A stretch of 64,000 bases of DNA from Candidatus Bathyarchaeota archaeon (GTDB lineage: Archaea > Thermoproteota > Bathyarchaeia > Bathyarchaeales > Bathycorpusculaceae): the NCBI GenBank assembly GCA_963775685.1, contig CAVZJV010000014.1:512001-576000 (forward strand), given 5' to 3'. This document shows, one piece after another, positions 12,127 through 22,985 of the stretch (positions are counted from its first letter, which is position 1; each line of letters starts with the position of its first letter). The position numbers and the translations under genes were made by a program. The notes under the pieces were generated by a model. That model was not told the DNA's origin. It saw only the letters and a program-made list of their open reading frames with translations, and made no database searches.

Positions 12127-14343
12127 ATGGTTAATCAGCCTCCGATTCGCGCACGCGGGGTAAAAGTGCTTAAAGCTGTTTCATCACCGCTTAGGCTGCA
12201 AATTCTCAATTTGCTTTTTGACAAAAGCGCCCTCTCCTATACCGAACTTATGAACCAATTAAAAATGAATCCAAGCCGAGACGCGGGCAGATTTGCGTAT
12301 CATCTAAAATTTATGCTTAAAGCCGACTTGGTTGAGGCGGACGTAGAATCAAAAAAATATTACCTTACTGACTTAGGGAAGATGGTGCTTGACGTGGCTG
12401 ACCGAGTAGAGAAAAAAGCAATTAAGCCCCGTGGCATGTTGGTTCGCACCTCACATTTAACGGTTGAAGAGTTTGATGCAAACAAAATCGCTAACTCATT
12501 GATTAAAGAGGCGAAAGTTCCAGCGGAACTTGCGCAGAAAGCAGCTAAAGAAGCAGAGAAACGCCTCATAAAATCCAAGACAAAGTATCTTACGGCGGCG
12601 TTAATCCGGGAAGTTGTAAACGGAATCCTTGTAGAGAAAGGCTATGAAGACTTCCGCCATAAACTCACACGAGTCGGCATGCCCATCCATGAAGTAACTG
12701 CGTTGATCGAAAACAAAGAATCAAATCAAGACTGCCAAGCCACAATCAACAAAGCAGGACAAACGGTCCTTAGTGAATACAATTTGCTTAACATTTTTCC
12801 CCGAGATATCGCCGACGCGCACCTTTCAGGCGCAATTCACATCGATGGACTAGGCACTTGGGTTCTAAAACCTAACGAAGTCATCCATGACCTTCGCTAT
12901 TTCTTTAAGCATGGTGTTAAGCTCGACAATCCCTTTCAAGTCGCCATGGAAGCCCCCATCGACCTAAAATCCGCCTTATCCATAGCCTTCAACGTAGTCT
13001 TGCATACTAGCAAAGAAACCAACCGCGTTCAAACTTTCAATTACTTCAACGTTTTTCTTGCTCCATATTTGAGAGGCAACGAAGTAACAAAAATAAAAGA
13101 AAATCTGCGTTTATTCATCCAAAACCTCAATCAGCATGCGGAAGCTACTTTGTGCCTTGACCTTGCGGTTCCTAGGCTGTTGGAGGAAAAAGAAGCTATA
13201 GGTCCAAAAGGCAAAACCAATGGCAAATACGGTGACTTTATTCAAGAAAATCAACTTGTTGCTTCACTTATAGTTGATATTTTTATTGAGGAAAGCTCAT
13301 GCAAGCCGATATTTAGTCCCAAAATTATCATAAAAATTAACAGTGCCGCATTAACAGATGAAAAGGCAAAAGTCACTCTGCTCAAAGCACATCATTTAGC
13401 CGCGAAAAGCGGAGTTCCCTTTTTTGCCAACATGACCAATGAAAAGAACGAAAATGTGGCTTTTTCATCTTCAGGCATAAAGTTTGCCTCTGACTTAACG
13501 GGCGACTGGGAAACAGACACGCTACGCACGGGTTGCTTAGGCTGCGTAATAATCAATATGCCTAGGATTGCACAAGAATGCAAAAAAGACAAAAACAAGT
13601 TTTTCGATTTGGTACGGGAACGCTTTGAGCTTGCCGCCCGAGCACTGGGCATAAAGAATAGTGCGCTTAAGCAATTCGGAAAAAACTCGGTTCCGTTCCT
13701 GTTGCAGAAAGCCGACCGCGACACATACTTCCGACTTGAAAACTGCTCTCGCATAGTCAATTTAGTGGGTTTTCGCGAAGCAATCGAAGCCTTTACTGAA
13801 AGAACCATCCATTCGGAAGAGAGCCGCAAGTTAGTCGAAGAAGCCATCGGGAACCTTTTGGCTTTCAAGCAGAAAATCGGCAGAAAATATGGCAAACGCC
13901 TCTACCCTGTCATACTCGGAAACCCTGAAGCTTCAGAACGCCTAGCCCAACTGGACATTGAACGCTACGGTGTGGCTAAGATGAGGTTTTCGGGAAATAG
14001 AGACAAACCATACTATTCAACCGTCAAACGGTTTCAACTGAAACCCGCGGAGTTTTTGGCTTTACAGACAGATGCAATGGAGACAGCACAGAGGTTCAAG
14101 GGACTAAACGCAGGCGGAAACCTGAACATCATTGAGCTCGAAAACGTTGAGTACAAACCTGAGGGTCTGAAGGATTTAACGATCCGTTTAATGGAGAACT
14201 ATGGGATGGATTTTTTCACTTTCAATCGCCAAGTCAGCGTCTGCGACAACTGTAAAAAGAACGGGTTTGGAATGCTGCATAAGTGCCCCTCATGTGGTTC
14301 AATGAGCAACTTAACAGCCTTCGATCGCTTCACTTCAACTTAA
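12127..14343 (+). CDS. ArsR-like HTH + ATP-cone + class III ribonucleotide reductase (NrdD)-like domain; catalytic motifs missing
   Basis: HTH: LKAVSSPLRLQILNLL...FAYHLK. ATP-cone: VRTSHLTVEEFDANKI...IREVV. NrdD body: TRVGMPIHEV, DAHLSGAIHI, INMPRIA, C-terminal CDNC/CPSC. The protein ends AFDRFTST with no RxxGY motif. Confidence 0.85.
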   Translation: MVNQPPIRARGVKVLKAVSSPLRLQILNLLFDKSALSYTELMNQLKMNPSRDAGRFAYHLKFMLKADLVEADVESKKYYLTDLGKMVLDVADRVEKKAIKPRGMLVRTSHLTVEEFDANKIANSLIKEAKVPAELAQKAAKEAEKRLIKSKTKYLTAALIREVVNGILVEKGYEDFRHKLTRVGMPIHEVTALIENKESNQDCQATINKAGQTVLSEYNLLNIFPRDIADAHLSGAIHIDGLGTWVLKPNEVIHDLRYFFKHGVKLDNPFQVAMEAPIDLKSALSIAFNVVLHTSKETNRVQTFNYFNVFLAPYLRGNEVTKIKENLRLFIQNLNQHAEATLCLDLAVPRLLEEKEAIGPKGKTNGKYGDFIQENQLVASLIVDIFIEESSCKPIFSPKIIIKINSAALTDEKAKVTLLKAHHLAAKSGVPFFANMTNEKNENVAFSSSGIKFASDLTGDWETDTLRTGCLGCVIINMPRIAQECKKDKNKFFDLVRERFELAARALGIKNSALKQFGKNSVPFLLQKADRDTYFRLENCSRIVNLVGFREAIEAFTERTIHSEESRKLVEEAIGNLLAFKQKIGRKYGKRLYPVILGNPEASERLAQLDIERYGVAKMRFSGNRDKPYYSTVKRFQLKPAEFLALQTDAMETAQRFKGLNAGGNLNIIELENVEYKPEGLKDLTIRLMENYGMDFFTFNRQVSVCDNCKKNGFGMLHKCPSCGSMSNLTAFDRFTST

Positions 14344-14344
14344 A

Positions 14345-15272
<928 letters not shown>

Positions 15273-15333
15273 TTACCCAGAAAAAGAAAGAGTCAAGTGC
15301 TAAATAATACTTTGCATGAAACACAGCGCCTTA

Positions 15334-15400
15334 GCTTTCGGTTTGCGCGGGTTGGGGATTCGGCTTGATTTTAACCTAGTTAAAGCAAACGCAAAGCAGA
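15334..15400 (+). ncRNA. Candidate long hairpin RNA with possible apical K-loop
   Basis: Stems GCTTT/AAAGC, GTTTGC/GCAAAC and GGTTGGG/TTTAACC; apical GA...UGA; TATA-like TAAATAAT about 25 nt upstream. Confidence 0.35.
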
Positions 15401-15700
15401 GACAACAAAAGGAAGACGAATACTCAAAATCCACCATAGACTTTTAACGAAGGATTAAATGCTTCCATTCACTGGTGCAAATGGGGAGCATAAAATTACT
15501 GTAGATAGAAAATAAGAGCAACAGCTCCGGTTTTAATGCAATAGACCCTAATATATGTTTCAAAAACTACAATCTCTATTGCCTTGCTAGTGCTTATATG
15601 CTTTTGTTGTAGTACAACGACTGCAACAAGATCTTAATAGCTTGACCCTAGCATAAGTATTTTAAATTCAGGTAAGCCAAACTTGAAGGTGTTTTGAAAA

Positions 15701-15895
15701 ATGGAAACAGTTTTGAAACAAATTTCTAAAAAAGAAAACTTCAGAGAAAGCTTAGTATCCAGAGGATATATGCTTCGAATCCACGAGGTCCAAGCTCCCT
15801 GCCAATGGCTCAAAAACTGCTACGATGGAAAATGTCCGTCCTTTGTGAGGCATAACGGGAATTTTTACTGCTCCAAAATCAAAGCAAGAATCTAA
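15701..15895 (+). CDS. Small Cys-containing hypothetical protein
   Basis: 64-aa ORF with CQWLKNC...KC...YC; SD-like GAAGGTG upstream. Confidence 0.5.
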   Translation: METVLKQISKKENFRESLVSRGYMLRIHEVQAPCQWLKNCYDGKCPSFVRHNGNFYCSKIKARI

Positions 15896-15919
15896 ATCAT
15901 TTACGCTAAATTATAGAGC

Positions 15920-16831
15920 TTAAGTTTTCAAAGCTGCTATCGCTTCTTTCAAGATAGCAACCGATTTTTCAAACTTTTCCCTTGTTTTCTGTTTCAAGTC
16001 AAGCTCAACTATTTTTTCAACTCCCTCCTTGCCCAAAACAACAGGCACACCAATCGACACGCCATGAGTGCCATATTCACCGCATAAACAAGTAGAAACA
16101 CTCATAACTCGATTTCTACCCGTAAGAATTGCATCCGCCATGATCGCAATCACCATCCCTGGTGCATAAACTGTACTGCCTTTTAGCTGGATAACGTCTC
16201 CGCCAGAGGTTACCGTTGCATGAACAATTTTATCGAGCTGCTCTTGGGAAAGAAGACTTGTAATTGGAATGCCTGATACAGAAGCATACTCAACAAGGGG
16301 CACCATAGAGTCACCATGTTCACCAATCACCAAACCACGTGTATCTTCACGTGAAACGCCCAGTTCATTGGCTATATGTGTTCTAAAACGCATGGCATCC
16401 AAGATGTTACCCATGCCAAAGAGGCGACTGCGTGGAAAACCGGTTTCCTTATACGAAATAAATGTCATAATGTCAACTGGGTTTGTCACCATCATGAGCT
16501 TGCAGTCTGGGGCGTATTTGATTACTTCTTTTACTATTGATTTTATGATTTGAGCGTTGGTGTTCATTAAGTCAAAACGCGTCATGTCAGGTCTTCTGCC
16601 AAGTCCAGCTGTCACAATTACAAGTTCCGACCCTGCCATTTCTTTAAAATCGCTGGTTCCTCGGATTTTGCCGTCGAACTCAATAGCTGGAGCAGCCTGC
16701 ATCATATCCAAAGCTTCACCCTGCGCCGCCTTTTCATTCTTATCGATAAGGACAACATCTCCGATCTTATAACGCAAAATATCAAAAGCCGCAGCGCTTC
16801 CAACTTTACCTGCACCAATTACGGTTATCAT
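15920..16831 (-). CDS. mdh: Malate dehydrogenase (LDH-like)
   Basis: Motifs IGAGKVG, TAGLGRRPDMTR, VTNPVD, IGEHGDSMVP. Confidence 0.93.
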   Translation of the reverse strand: MITVIGAGKVGSAAAFDILRYKIGDVVLIDKNEKAAQGEALDMMQAAPAIEFDGKIRGTSDFKEMAGSELVIVTAGLGRRPDMTRFDLMNTNAQIIKSIVKEVIKYAPDCKLMMVTNPVDIMTFISYKETGFPRSRLFGMGNILDAMRFRTHIANELGVSREDTRGLVIGEHGDSMVPLVEYASVSGIPITSLLSQEQLDKIVHATVTSGGDVIQLKGSTVYAPGMVIAIMADAILTGRNRVMSVSTCLCGEYGTHGVSIGVPVVLGKEGVEKIVELDLKQKTREKFEKSVAILKEAIAALKT

Positions 16832-17106
16832 ACCATAAAACCATATTTAATATGATTTAGAAGTTGAATATAAAGCGATATTTTCTAATGCATGTATAGG
16901 CGAAATCTTTTATGCTGCTCAGCGCCATGTTGAATGAATGAGTGCAGGATTGTGTTTGCGGTATGGTTTTAAGTTTGAATCGGATGCCTTTGTCAATGTC
17001 TTAATGTTGCTCATGTGTTACTTAAAAATTCAACACTAAAGACTGGCTATCCTTAGACAAAAATACAGAAAGCCCAATAAGTAAAATTTAAGAAGAAAAA
17101 TCAGAA

Positions 17107-17556
17107 TTATTTGACAATGACCACGGGGCAAGGCGCTAAATGAGCCACTTTCTCACTAATTTTCCCTAAAAAAATCTCCCGAACTCTACTGGAACCACGA
17201 TGCCCAACCACTACAATGTCAAACCTCCCTTCCTTTGCCTCTGCAACAATCTCCATCGCTGGGTCACCGTCACGCAGCTTCATCGAAATCAAAACGCTCG
17301 TGTTCACCTCTTTTGCTCGGGTAACAGACTTGTTTAGAATCTCCTCATGAAGCATTCGCAGATCTTTCGAAAACAAAACCATGCTGTCCCCAGAGAAAGT
17401 GGTGGGCTCCAGAGGAACTGCACCTATTGCTGGCGTCTCGCTAACATTCAAAACCGTTATTGAAGCACCGTACTTCTCCGCTAAATTAAGGGCAAAATCC
17501 AAAGCCCGATCTGAATTTTCTGAGCCATCAACCGCAACCAAAACATTCTCGATCAC
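17107..17556 (-). CDS. Universal stress protein
   Basis: Motifs NVLVAVDGSENS, GDPAMEI, VVGHRG, GKISEKV...PCPVVIVK. Confidence 0.93.
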   Translation of the reverse strand: MIENVLVAVDGSENSDRALDFALNLAEKYGASITVLNVSETPAIGAVPLEPTTFSGDSMVLFSKDLRMLHEEILNKSVTRAKEVNTSVLISMKLRDGDPAMEIVAEAKEGRFDIVVVGHRGSSRVREIFLGKISEKVAHLAPCPVVIVK

Positions 17557-17726
17557 AAAATGCACTCTCTGAAAAAAAATATGTTTTATTGCCCCATTAA
17601 GCTTTTTCCTAATTTTTGTCACCTCTTAATCTGAAAAGGATAATTCTGGTATATGTGCCCGTTATCCTTTAACCATATAAGGATAAACTGTTATTTTATA
17701 ATTAAGAAAGTCGTGGGGGTACATCG

Positions 17727-19355
17727 ATAAATAGGCAACTCAAAATCCTGACAGTCATCCTTATCGCTTTAGTTATTCTTCTCGCAGCTCTAACTGCTGA
17801 TGTTCCCTCAGCAAAAGCAGTCGAAACAACATCAGCTTGGAGTAGCATGGCTCCTATGCCGACTGCACGCGGAGGAGTTGGTTTAGCGGTGGTAAGTGGA
17901 AAAATCTATGCAATCGGCGGCTTAAATGGCAACAATGTTCCTGTCAGCACTACTGAAGAGTACGATCCTCAAACAAACGGGTGGACAAGTAGAATGCCGA
18001 TGCCTACTCCCAGAAGCGGGTTTGCTATAGCAGTATATCAGAATAGAATCTATGTTATAGGTGGGACAGTCGGAAGCGGATACGTGGGAAATAACGAAGT
18101 ATATGACACAGGAACCAACACTTGGGAGACAAAAACGTCAATGCCTACGCCAAGAGCAGATTTATGTGCGAATATAATAAACGATAAAATCTACCTCATC
18201 GGAGGAAAAAAATACTCAAGTATAGCGCCCTACTTCAACGAAACCAACATAAACGAAGCCTATGACCCCGTCAGCGATAGCTGGAGCACAAAAACATCCA
18301 TTCCAACACCAGTTCAAGGCTACGCTTCAGCTGTTGCTAACGGAAAAATCTACGTAATGGGCGGGTCACTTGAATCTCTATCGCTTGAAAACACTCTTTT
18401 AACTGGCGTTAACCAAATGTATGACCCTAAAAATGACAGCTGGAGTTTAGCTGCAAAATTACCTAACGTTCAAAGTTATGGTGCTGCAGCTGCAACTGAA
18501 GGCTTCATGGCTCCTGCGCGAATCTATTGTATCGGCGGCTACTCGGGTGGAGCATTCAGTTCCCAAGTTCAAGTTTATGATTCAGTAAACAATTCTTGGA
18601 CCGCTGGTCAGCCTATGCCAACTGCCAGGGCATACTTGGGAGTTGTTGATGTGGACGATGTTTTATATGCCATTGGAGGTTTCGATGGGACAAATTGGCT
18701 TAATGTAAATGAGGAGTATAAGCCAGTTGGGTATGGAACTGTTCCGCCGAAAGTGCAGATAACTTCTCCTGAAAACAAGACTTATTCTGAGGTAACGTTG
18801 ACGTTTACGATTAATAGAGGAACTCAATGGATGGGTTACAGTTTAGACAACCACGCAAACGTAACCATCCAAACAGAAACCAAACTGCTTAATATCACCC
18901 AAGGCACCCATGAAGTTACAGTCTATGCAAACGATAGCCTTGGAAACATGGGAGTTTCGAACAGTGTTTTCTTCGCTGTTGATAAACTTCCACCCAGCCT
19001 TGAGATATTGCTTCCACAAAACAAAACCTACGATACTGTTGATATCCAATTAACCTTTACTGTAGATGAAGCAGTCACTTATTTAGCATATAGCTTGGAT
19101 GGACAAGAAAATGTAAAGATTAATGGAAACCTGACTTTGCCGGCTTTGTCTAACGGACCACACCGTATAACGCTCTATGCAAATGATACCGTCGGGAACA
19201 CAGGACAAAAAACTGTTTCCTTCAATATTGCTCCTTTTCCGATTGTTGAGGTTGTTGCAGTTTTGGCTATAGTGACAATTATTTTGGCTTCAGGATATTT
19301 GGTTTTTAAGCGTAAAAAATCAGGCATCGGCAAAGAGCAGCGCGCAAGGTGGTAA
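17727..19355 (+). CDS. Secreted, membrane-anchored Kelch-repeat protein with Ig-like domains
   Basis: Six MPTxR...IYxIGG Kelch repeats, two Ig-like YSLD domains and a C-terminal TM helix. An in-frame signal peptide lies upstream of the track ATG at 17847. Confidence 0.9.
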   Translation: MNRQLKILTVILIALVILLAALTADVPSAKAVETTSAWSSMAPMPTARGGVGLAVVSGKIYAIGGLNGNNVPVSTTEEYDPQTNGWTSRMPMPTPRSGFAIAVYQNRIYVIGGTVGSGYVGNNEVYDTGTNTWETKTSMPTPRADLCANIINDKIYLIGGKKYSSIAPYFNETNINEAYDPVSDSWSTKTSIPTPVQGYASAVANGKIYVMGGSLESLSLENTLLTGVNQMYDPKNDSWSLAAKLPNVQSYGAAAATEGFMAPARIYCIGGYSGGAFSSQVQVYDSVNNSWTAGQPMPTARAYLGVVDVDDVLYAIGGFDGTNWLNVNEEYKPVGYGTVPPKVQITSPENKTYSEVTLTFTINRGTQWMGYSLDNHANVTIQTETKLLNITQGTHEVTVYANDSLGNMGVSNSVFFAVDKLPPSLEILLPQNKTYDTVDIQLTFTVDEAVTYLAYSLDGQENVKINGNLTLPALSNGPHRITLYANDTVGNTGQKTVSFNIAPFPIVEVVAVLAIVTIILASGYLVFKRKKSGIGKEQRARW

Positions 19356-19487
19356 AATAATTTAAAGTCCAAAAGAAGTTTAAAGTTTAAATCTCTTGCA
19401 ATTACAAACAATCTCTAACCGTTTTCTTGATTTTCGACGGGAAAATTTAATTAAACATTAATCAAAGATTTTAGAGAGGTCTCGCAA

Positions 19488-19739
19488 GTGGGCTACGAAA
19501 TTGATTACGCCGGAGGCGAACGGCTTGGGTGTTCCTCAAAAATCGTAATCGCTGATAGAATATTCTATGTAAAATTGTTTAGCTCCTCGGCATCAAAATT
19601 TTTCTCTGGGGACCAACAGGGTGTAATCCAAAAAGAAATTTCAAAAGTCGAATTTGAACTATGGACTAACATTCTTGCCGAAAATGAAGTAGACGCACAA
19701 GAAATTAAGAAAAAGTTGTGCTTAGGGAGAAAGTATTAG
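19488..19739 (+). CDS. Hypothetical protein
   Basis: 83-aa ORF with GAGAGGT SD and GTG start. Confidence 0.6.
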   Translation: MGYEIDYAGGERLGCSSKIVIADRIFYVKLFSSSASKFFSGDQQGVIQKEISKVEFELWTNILAENEVDAQEIKKKLCLGRKY

Positions 19740-20162
19740 CCAACCAAGAATTTATGCCTAACATCACCATAATCTGTTTTTGGCTTTAGGGCAATTGCTG
19801 GGCAGTACCCTACAATATTTTTCTTTTGTGATAACATATTTGATTGAAATTTTTTCATTTATACATAAGTCATCAATAAATTTTAAATAGGCTAAAAAAA
19901 TCGCTACACATAGTGGTTGGCCGCGATTGAGTCTTTCTTTCTGCTTTAAATCCTGTTGGGTTTCTGACGTTAGGGTTTGAACGAACGAACCTTTTGAAGT
20001 TCTCGCTGATAAATATCGGCAGCAAACTAAAGACTCAAAAGCTTGTAAAAGGGAATGTGACCTGGTTAGTGACTATTTAGTAGGGAGGATTCAAAAAATT
20101 AAGAAGGGCTAAATTTGTTTTTTCAACCCTAAATAACATCAAAAGCATTATTTGACTGACTG

Positions 20163-20912
20163 CTAAATCTCTCTCCAACGTGTTTTCTTTATAGCAATAA
20201 ACAGAATTACAGCGCATACTACCACCAATACTACCCAATCAAGGATTAACATGTTTGATGAGAGGTTTAGGTAACCTGTTGTCGAATGCATAATTTCCGC
20301 TGCATAGGTTGTAGGCGAAAGGTAAGCCAGATAATTGAAGGGCGCAGGAACATAACTTATCGGGTAGTAAACTGGAGGAAGGGTGGCGAACAACAGTGAA
20401 AGAAGTCTTGAGAAAGCGTAACTTTGAACGACGTCGCTTGAAAAAGTTGACAGCATAAAGCCTATTGCCACTGAAACTGCGAACATTAGCAGGAGAACGA
20501 TGGATAAAATCATTATTTGAATTATGTTTGGGTGTAGATAGATTCCTGCGAGAGCAACAAGGATTACTATTGCGGGGAGCGAATAAATAATTTCGGCAAT
20601 TGCCATTCCACCCATGTACATTCGTGCGCTTGTTGGTGAACTAACAATCATATCTTGAAGTTTAAAGTCGTTTTTTAAGTGGGCAAGGTCGGATTGAAGT
20701 GCTATACCGCTTGAAAAGAAAATCATGATTAATCCGCCCTCGATTGCCGCTCCCAAAAGCGTTCCATTACTGACAAATGTAATTACAAACAGCAGCGAAA
20801 GCGGCGCAATCACCGAGCTAACAAGGACTACAGGGTAATTTTTCATCTCGTAAATGGCATTGACAAGCACTCCTGCAAGGATTTGGCTTAGTTTACTACG
20901 CTTCACCCTCAT
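20163..20912 (-). CDS. ABC-2 type exporter permease
   Basis: Six hydrophobic segments and PPVYYP...LSPTTYA; overlaps the ATPase gene. Confidence 0.9.
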   Translation of the reverse strand: MRVKRSKLSQILAGVLVNAIYEMKNYPVVLVSSVIAPLSLLFVITFVSNGTLLGAAIEGGLIMIFFSSGIALQSDLAHLKNDFKLQDMIVSSPTSARMYMGGMAIAEIIYSLPAIVILVALAGIYLHPNIIQIMILSIVLLLMFAVSVAIGFMLSTFSSDVVQSYAFSRLLSLLFATLPPVYYPISYVPAPFNYLAYLSPTTYAAEIMHSTTGYLNLSSNMLILDWVVLVVVCAVILFIAIKKTRWREI

Positions 20913-21810
20913 AATCCCCCACTTTTTGACCAACAATGCTAAAGAAAATATCATCCAAAGTAACAGGAGTGATGGAGAATTTTGCGCCTTGTTCGGAGAG
21001 CAACCGCGCCAATCGGAATGCTTCAGTTTCATTGGTCATTATTTGTATGTGTCCGTTTTTGCTTGTGGTTACTTCGCTGTCTGTCAATGGAGGGATTTGA
21101 GTTTTTGGGGGCACCTTAATGCTGTATTGGTACTTTGAGCTCCCGCGGATCACTGGGAGGGTTCCGATAGAGATTAGTTTTCCTTCTTTTAGAATCCCAA
21201 TGTTGTCTGCAAGCTGCTCTGCTTCGTCGAGGTAGTGGGTCGTAAGAAAGATAAAGCGGTCTTTTCCAAGCTCCCTTAGAATATCCCAGAGTTCTCGTCT
21301 TGAAATCGGGTCTAATCCGGTTGTAGGTTCATCCAGAAAAATAATTTCTGCTTCCGAAGCGGTTACTGTAGCAATGAGAACTTTTCTTTTTGTTCCACCC
21401 GATAGGTGACTGTTTAATGTGTAGGCGTATTGTTCTATCTTGAGTTTCTTAAGCGATTCCAGGGCAAGTTGATTTGCTTGTTTGTAATGGTAGCCGCGCC
21501 AAAGAAGATAAGACAGCACCGTCTGTTTAGGCGTCATCCATCTTATTGTTCTGGCTTCCTGTGGAACAATGGCGATTCTTTCACGCAATTTATCTGTTTG
21601 ACGAAGTACGTCTATGTTGTTTATTCTTGCCGATCCAGTGGTGGGTTCCAATTCCGTTGCAAGGATGCGGATGAGCGTTGTTTTTCCAGCGCCGTTTCTG
21701 CCGATTAATGCGAATATGCCCTTTGTTTCCACTGAAAAACTCACTTTGTCCAGCGCTTTTTCGCGATCTTGGTAGATCTTTGTTAATTCGTTGCATTCCA
21801 GCTTGCCCAT
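20896..21810 (-). CDS. ABC exporter ATP-binding protein
   Basis: Motifs GRNGAGKTT, LSGG, FLDEPTTGLDP, TTHYL. Confidence 0.95.
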   Translation of the reverse strand: MGKLECNELTKIYQDREKALDKVSFSVETKGIFALIGRNGAGKTTLIRILATELEPTTGSARINNIDVLRQTDKLRERIAIVPQEARTIRWMTPKQTVLSYLLWRGYHYKQANQLALESLKKLKIEQYAYTLNSHLSGGTKRKVLIATVTASEAEIIFLDEPTTGLDPISRRELWDILRELGKDRFIFLTTHYLDEAEQLADNIGILKEGKLISIGTLPVIRGSSKYQYSIKVPPKTQIPPLTDSEVTTSKNGHIQIMTNETEAFRLARLLSEQGAKFSITPVTLDDIFFSIVGQKVGDYEGEA

Positions 21811-21945
21811 GATCAAGTCTACCGAAAACATTGTGTAGTGTTTTATTAACTTACTTTTTCTTCACTAAAAATGTTCCGACTTATACTAAGAAAAAGCTAA
21901 AGTTTATACCAACTTTGGAATGATAGTAACAGAGAGGAAAACGCT

Positions 21946-22971
21946 ATGACCGTTCACTTAGTTTCATGGAATACAAACCGTAACTTGTTGGAGGAAACTA
22001 ATCGCCTCTACGATGAAGCTGGAACCTTTAATTGCATACAGAAGGGCGACCTTGTTGCGGTTAAACTCCATGTGGGCGAATTGGGCAATCCCTATTATGT
22101 GCAGCCATGCTTTGTCCATGACGTCATCCGCAGAGTTAACGAAGTAGGCGGAAAGCCCTTTCTTACTGACTCCAACACAGCCTATAAAGCACAACGAAGC
22201 AACGCCCATGATCACATGAATAACGCTTTGATGAATGGGTATAACATGGCGCCCTTCATCGTTGCGGATGGATTAAAGGGTGAAAACTACCAACTTAAAA
22301 AAACAAAGGGCATCCTTAGAGAAATTGAAGTTTCAGGCGCCATTGCCGAAGCTGACGCCATGATTGTGGTTTCCCACTGTAAAGGACATGAGCTAAGTGG
22401 GTTCGGCGGCGCGATAAAGAATTTGGGGATGGGCTGCACGCCAAGTAATGGAAAAATTCGTCAACACAGAACTGTCGGCTTAGAAGTCGACAAATCCAAA
22501 TGCATCGGCTGTGGCAAATGCAAAGAAAGTTGCCCCCTGAATCTCCCAGACATCATAGAAGGAAAAGCCAGAAATACTTCACCATTATGTATGCGCTGTC
22601 CCTTATGCATTGGGGCCTGCCCCATGGAAGCCATCCGTTTCGTTGGCAAAAAGAATCTTTCTAAGGCTTTAGCATCAGCTGCTTATGGGGTGATTTCCAC
22701 TTTCAAACCATCCAAAGTGGCATATGTGAGTTTTGCTAAAGATATTACTCGATATTGTGATTGTTTGCCAAACCCAGGTGAAATAATGCTTAAAGATGTT
22801 GGTGTGTTTGCTTCAGATTCGCCGGTTTCAATCGATGCTGCGTTTCTGCAATCAGTTGACTATCAGGTATTGAACGATGCTTCTGATGTGGATTGCATGT
22901 TGCAAGTAAAAGAGGCAAAGGCACTTGGGATTGAGGGCGAAGTTAAACCCAAAATAAATATTTTAAGCTAA
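21946..22971 (+). CDS. DUF362 domain Fe-S protein with 2x[4Fe-4S] ferredoxin insert
   Basis: Motifs VAVKLHVGE, HCKGHELSGFGGAIKNLGMG, CIGCGKC..CP, CMRCPLC..CP, CDC. Confidence 0.9.
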   Translation: MTVHLVSWNTNRNLLEETNRLYDEAGTFNCIQKGDLVAVKLHVGELGNPYYVQPCFVHDVIRRVNEVGGKPFLTDSNTAYKAQRSNAHDHMNNALMNGYNMAPFIVADGLKGENYQLKKTKGILREIEVSGAIAEADAMIVVSHCKGHELSGFGGAIKNLGMGCTPSNGKIRQHRTVGLEVDKSKCIGCGKCKESCPLNLPDIIEGKARNTSPLCMRCPLCIGACPMEAIRFVGKKNLSKALASAAYGVISTFKPSKVAYVSFAKDITRYCDCLPNPGEIMLKDVGVFASDSPVSIDAAFLQSVDYQVLNDASDVDCMLQVKEAKALGIEGEVKPKINILS

Positions 22972-22985
22972 TTTCTAATTTTTGG

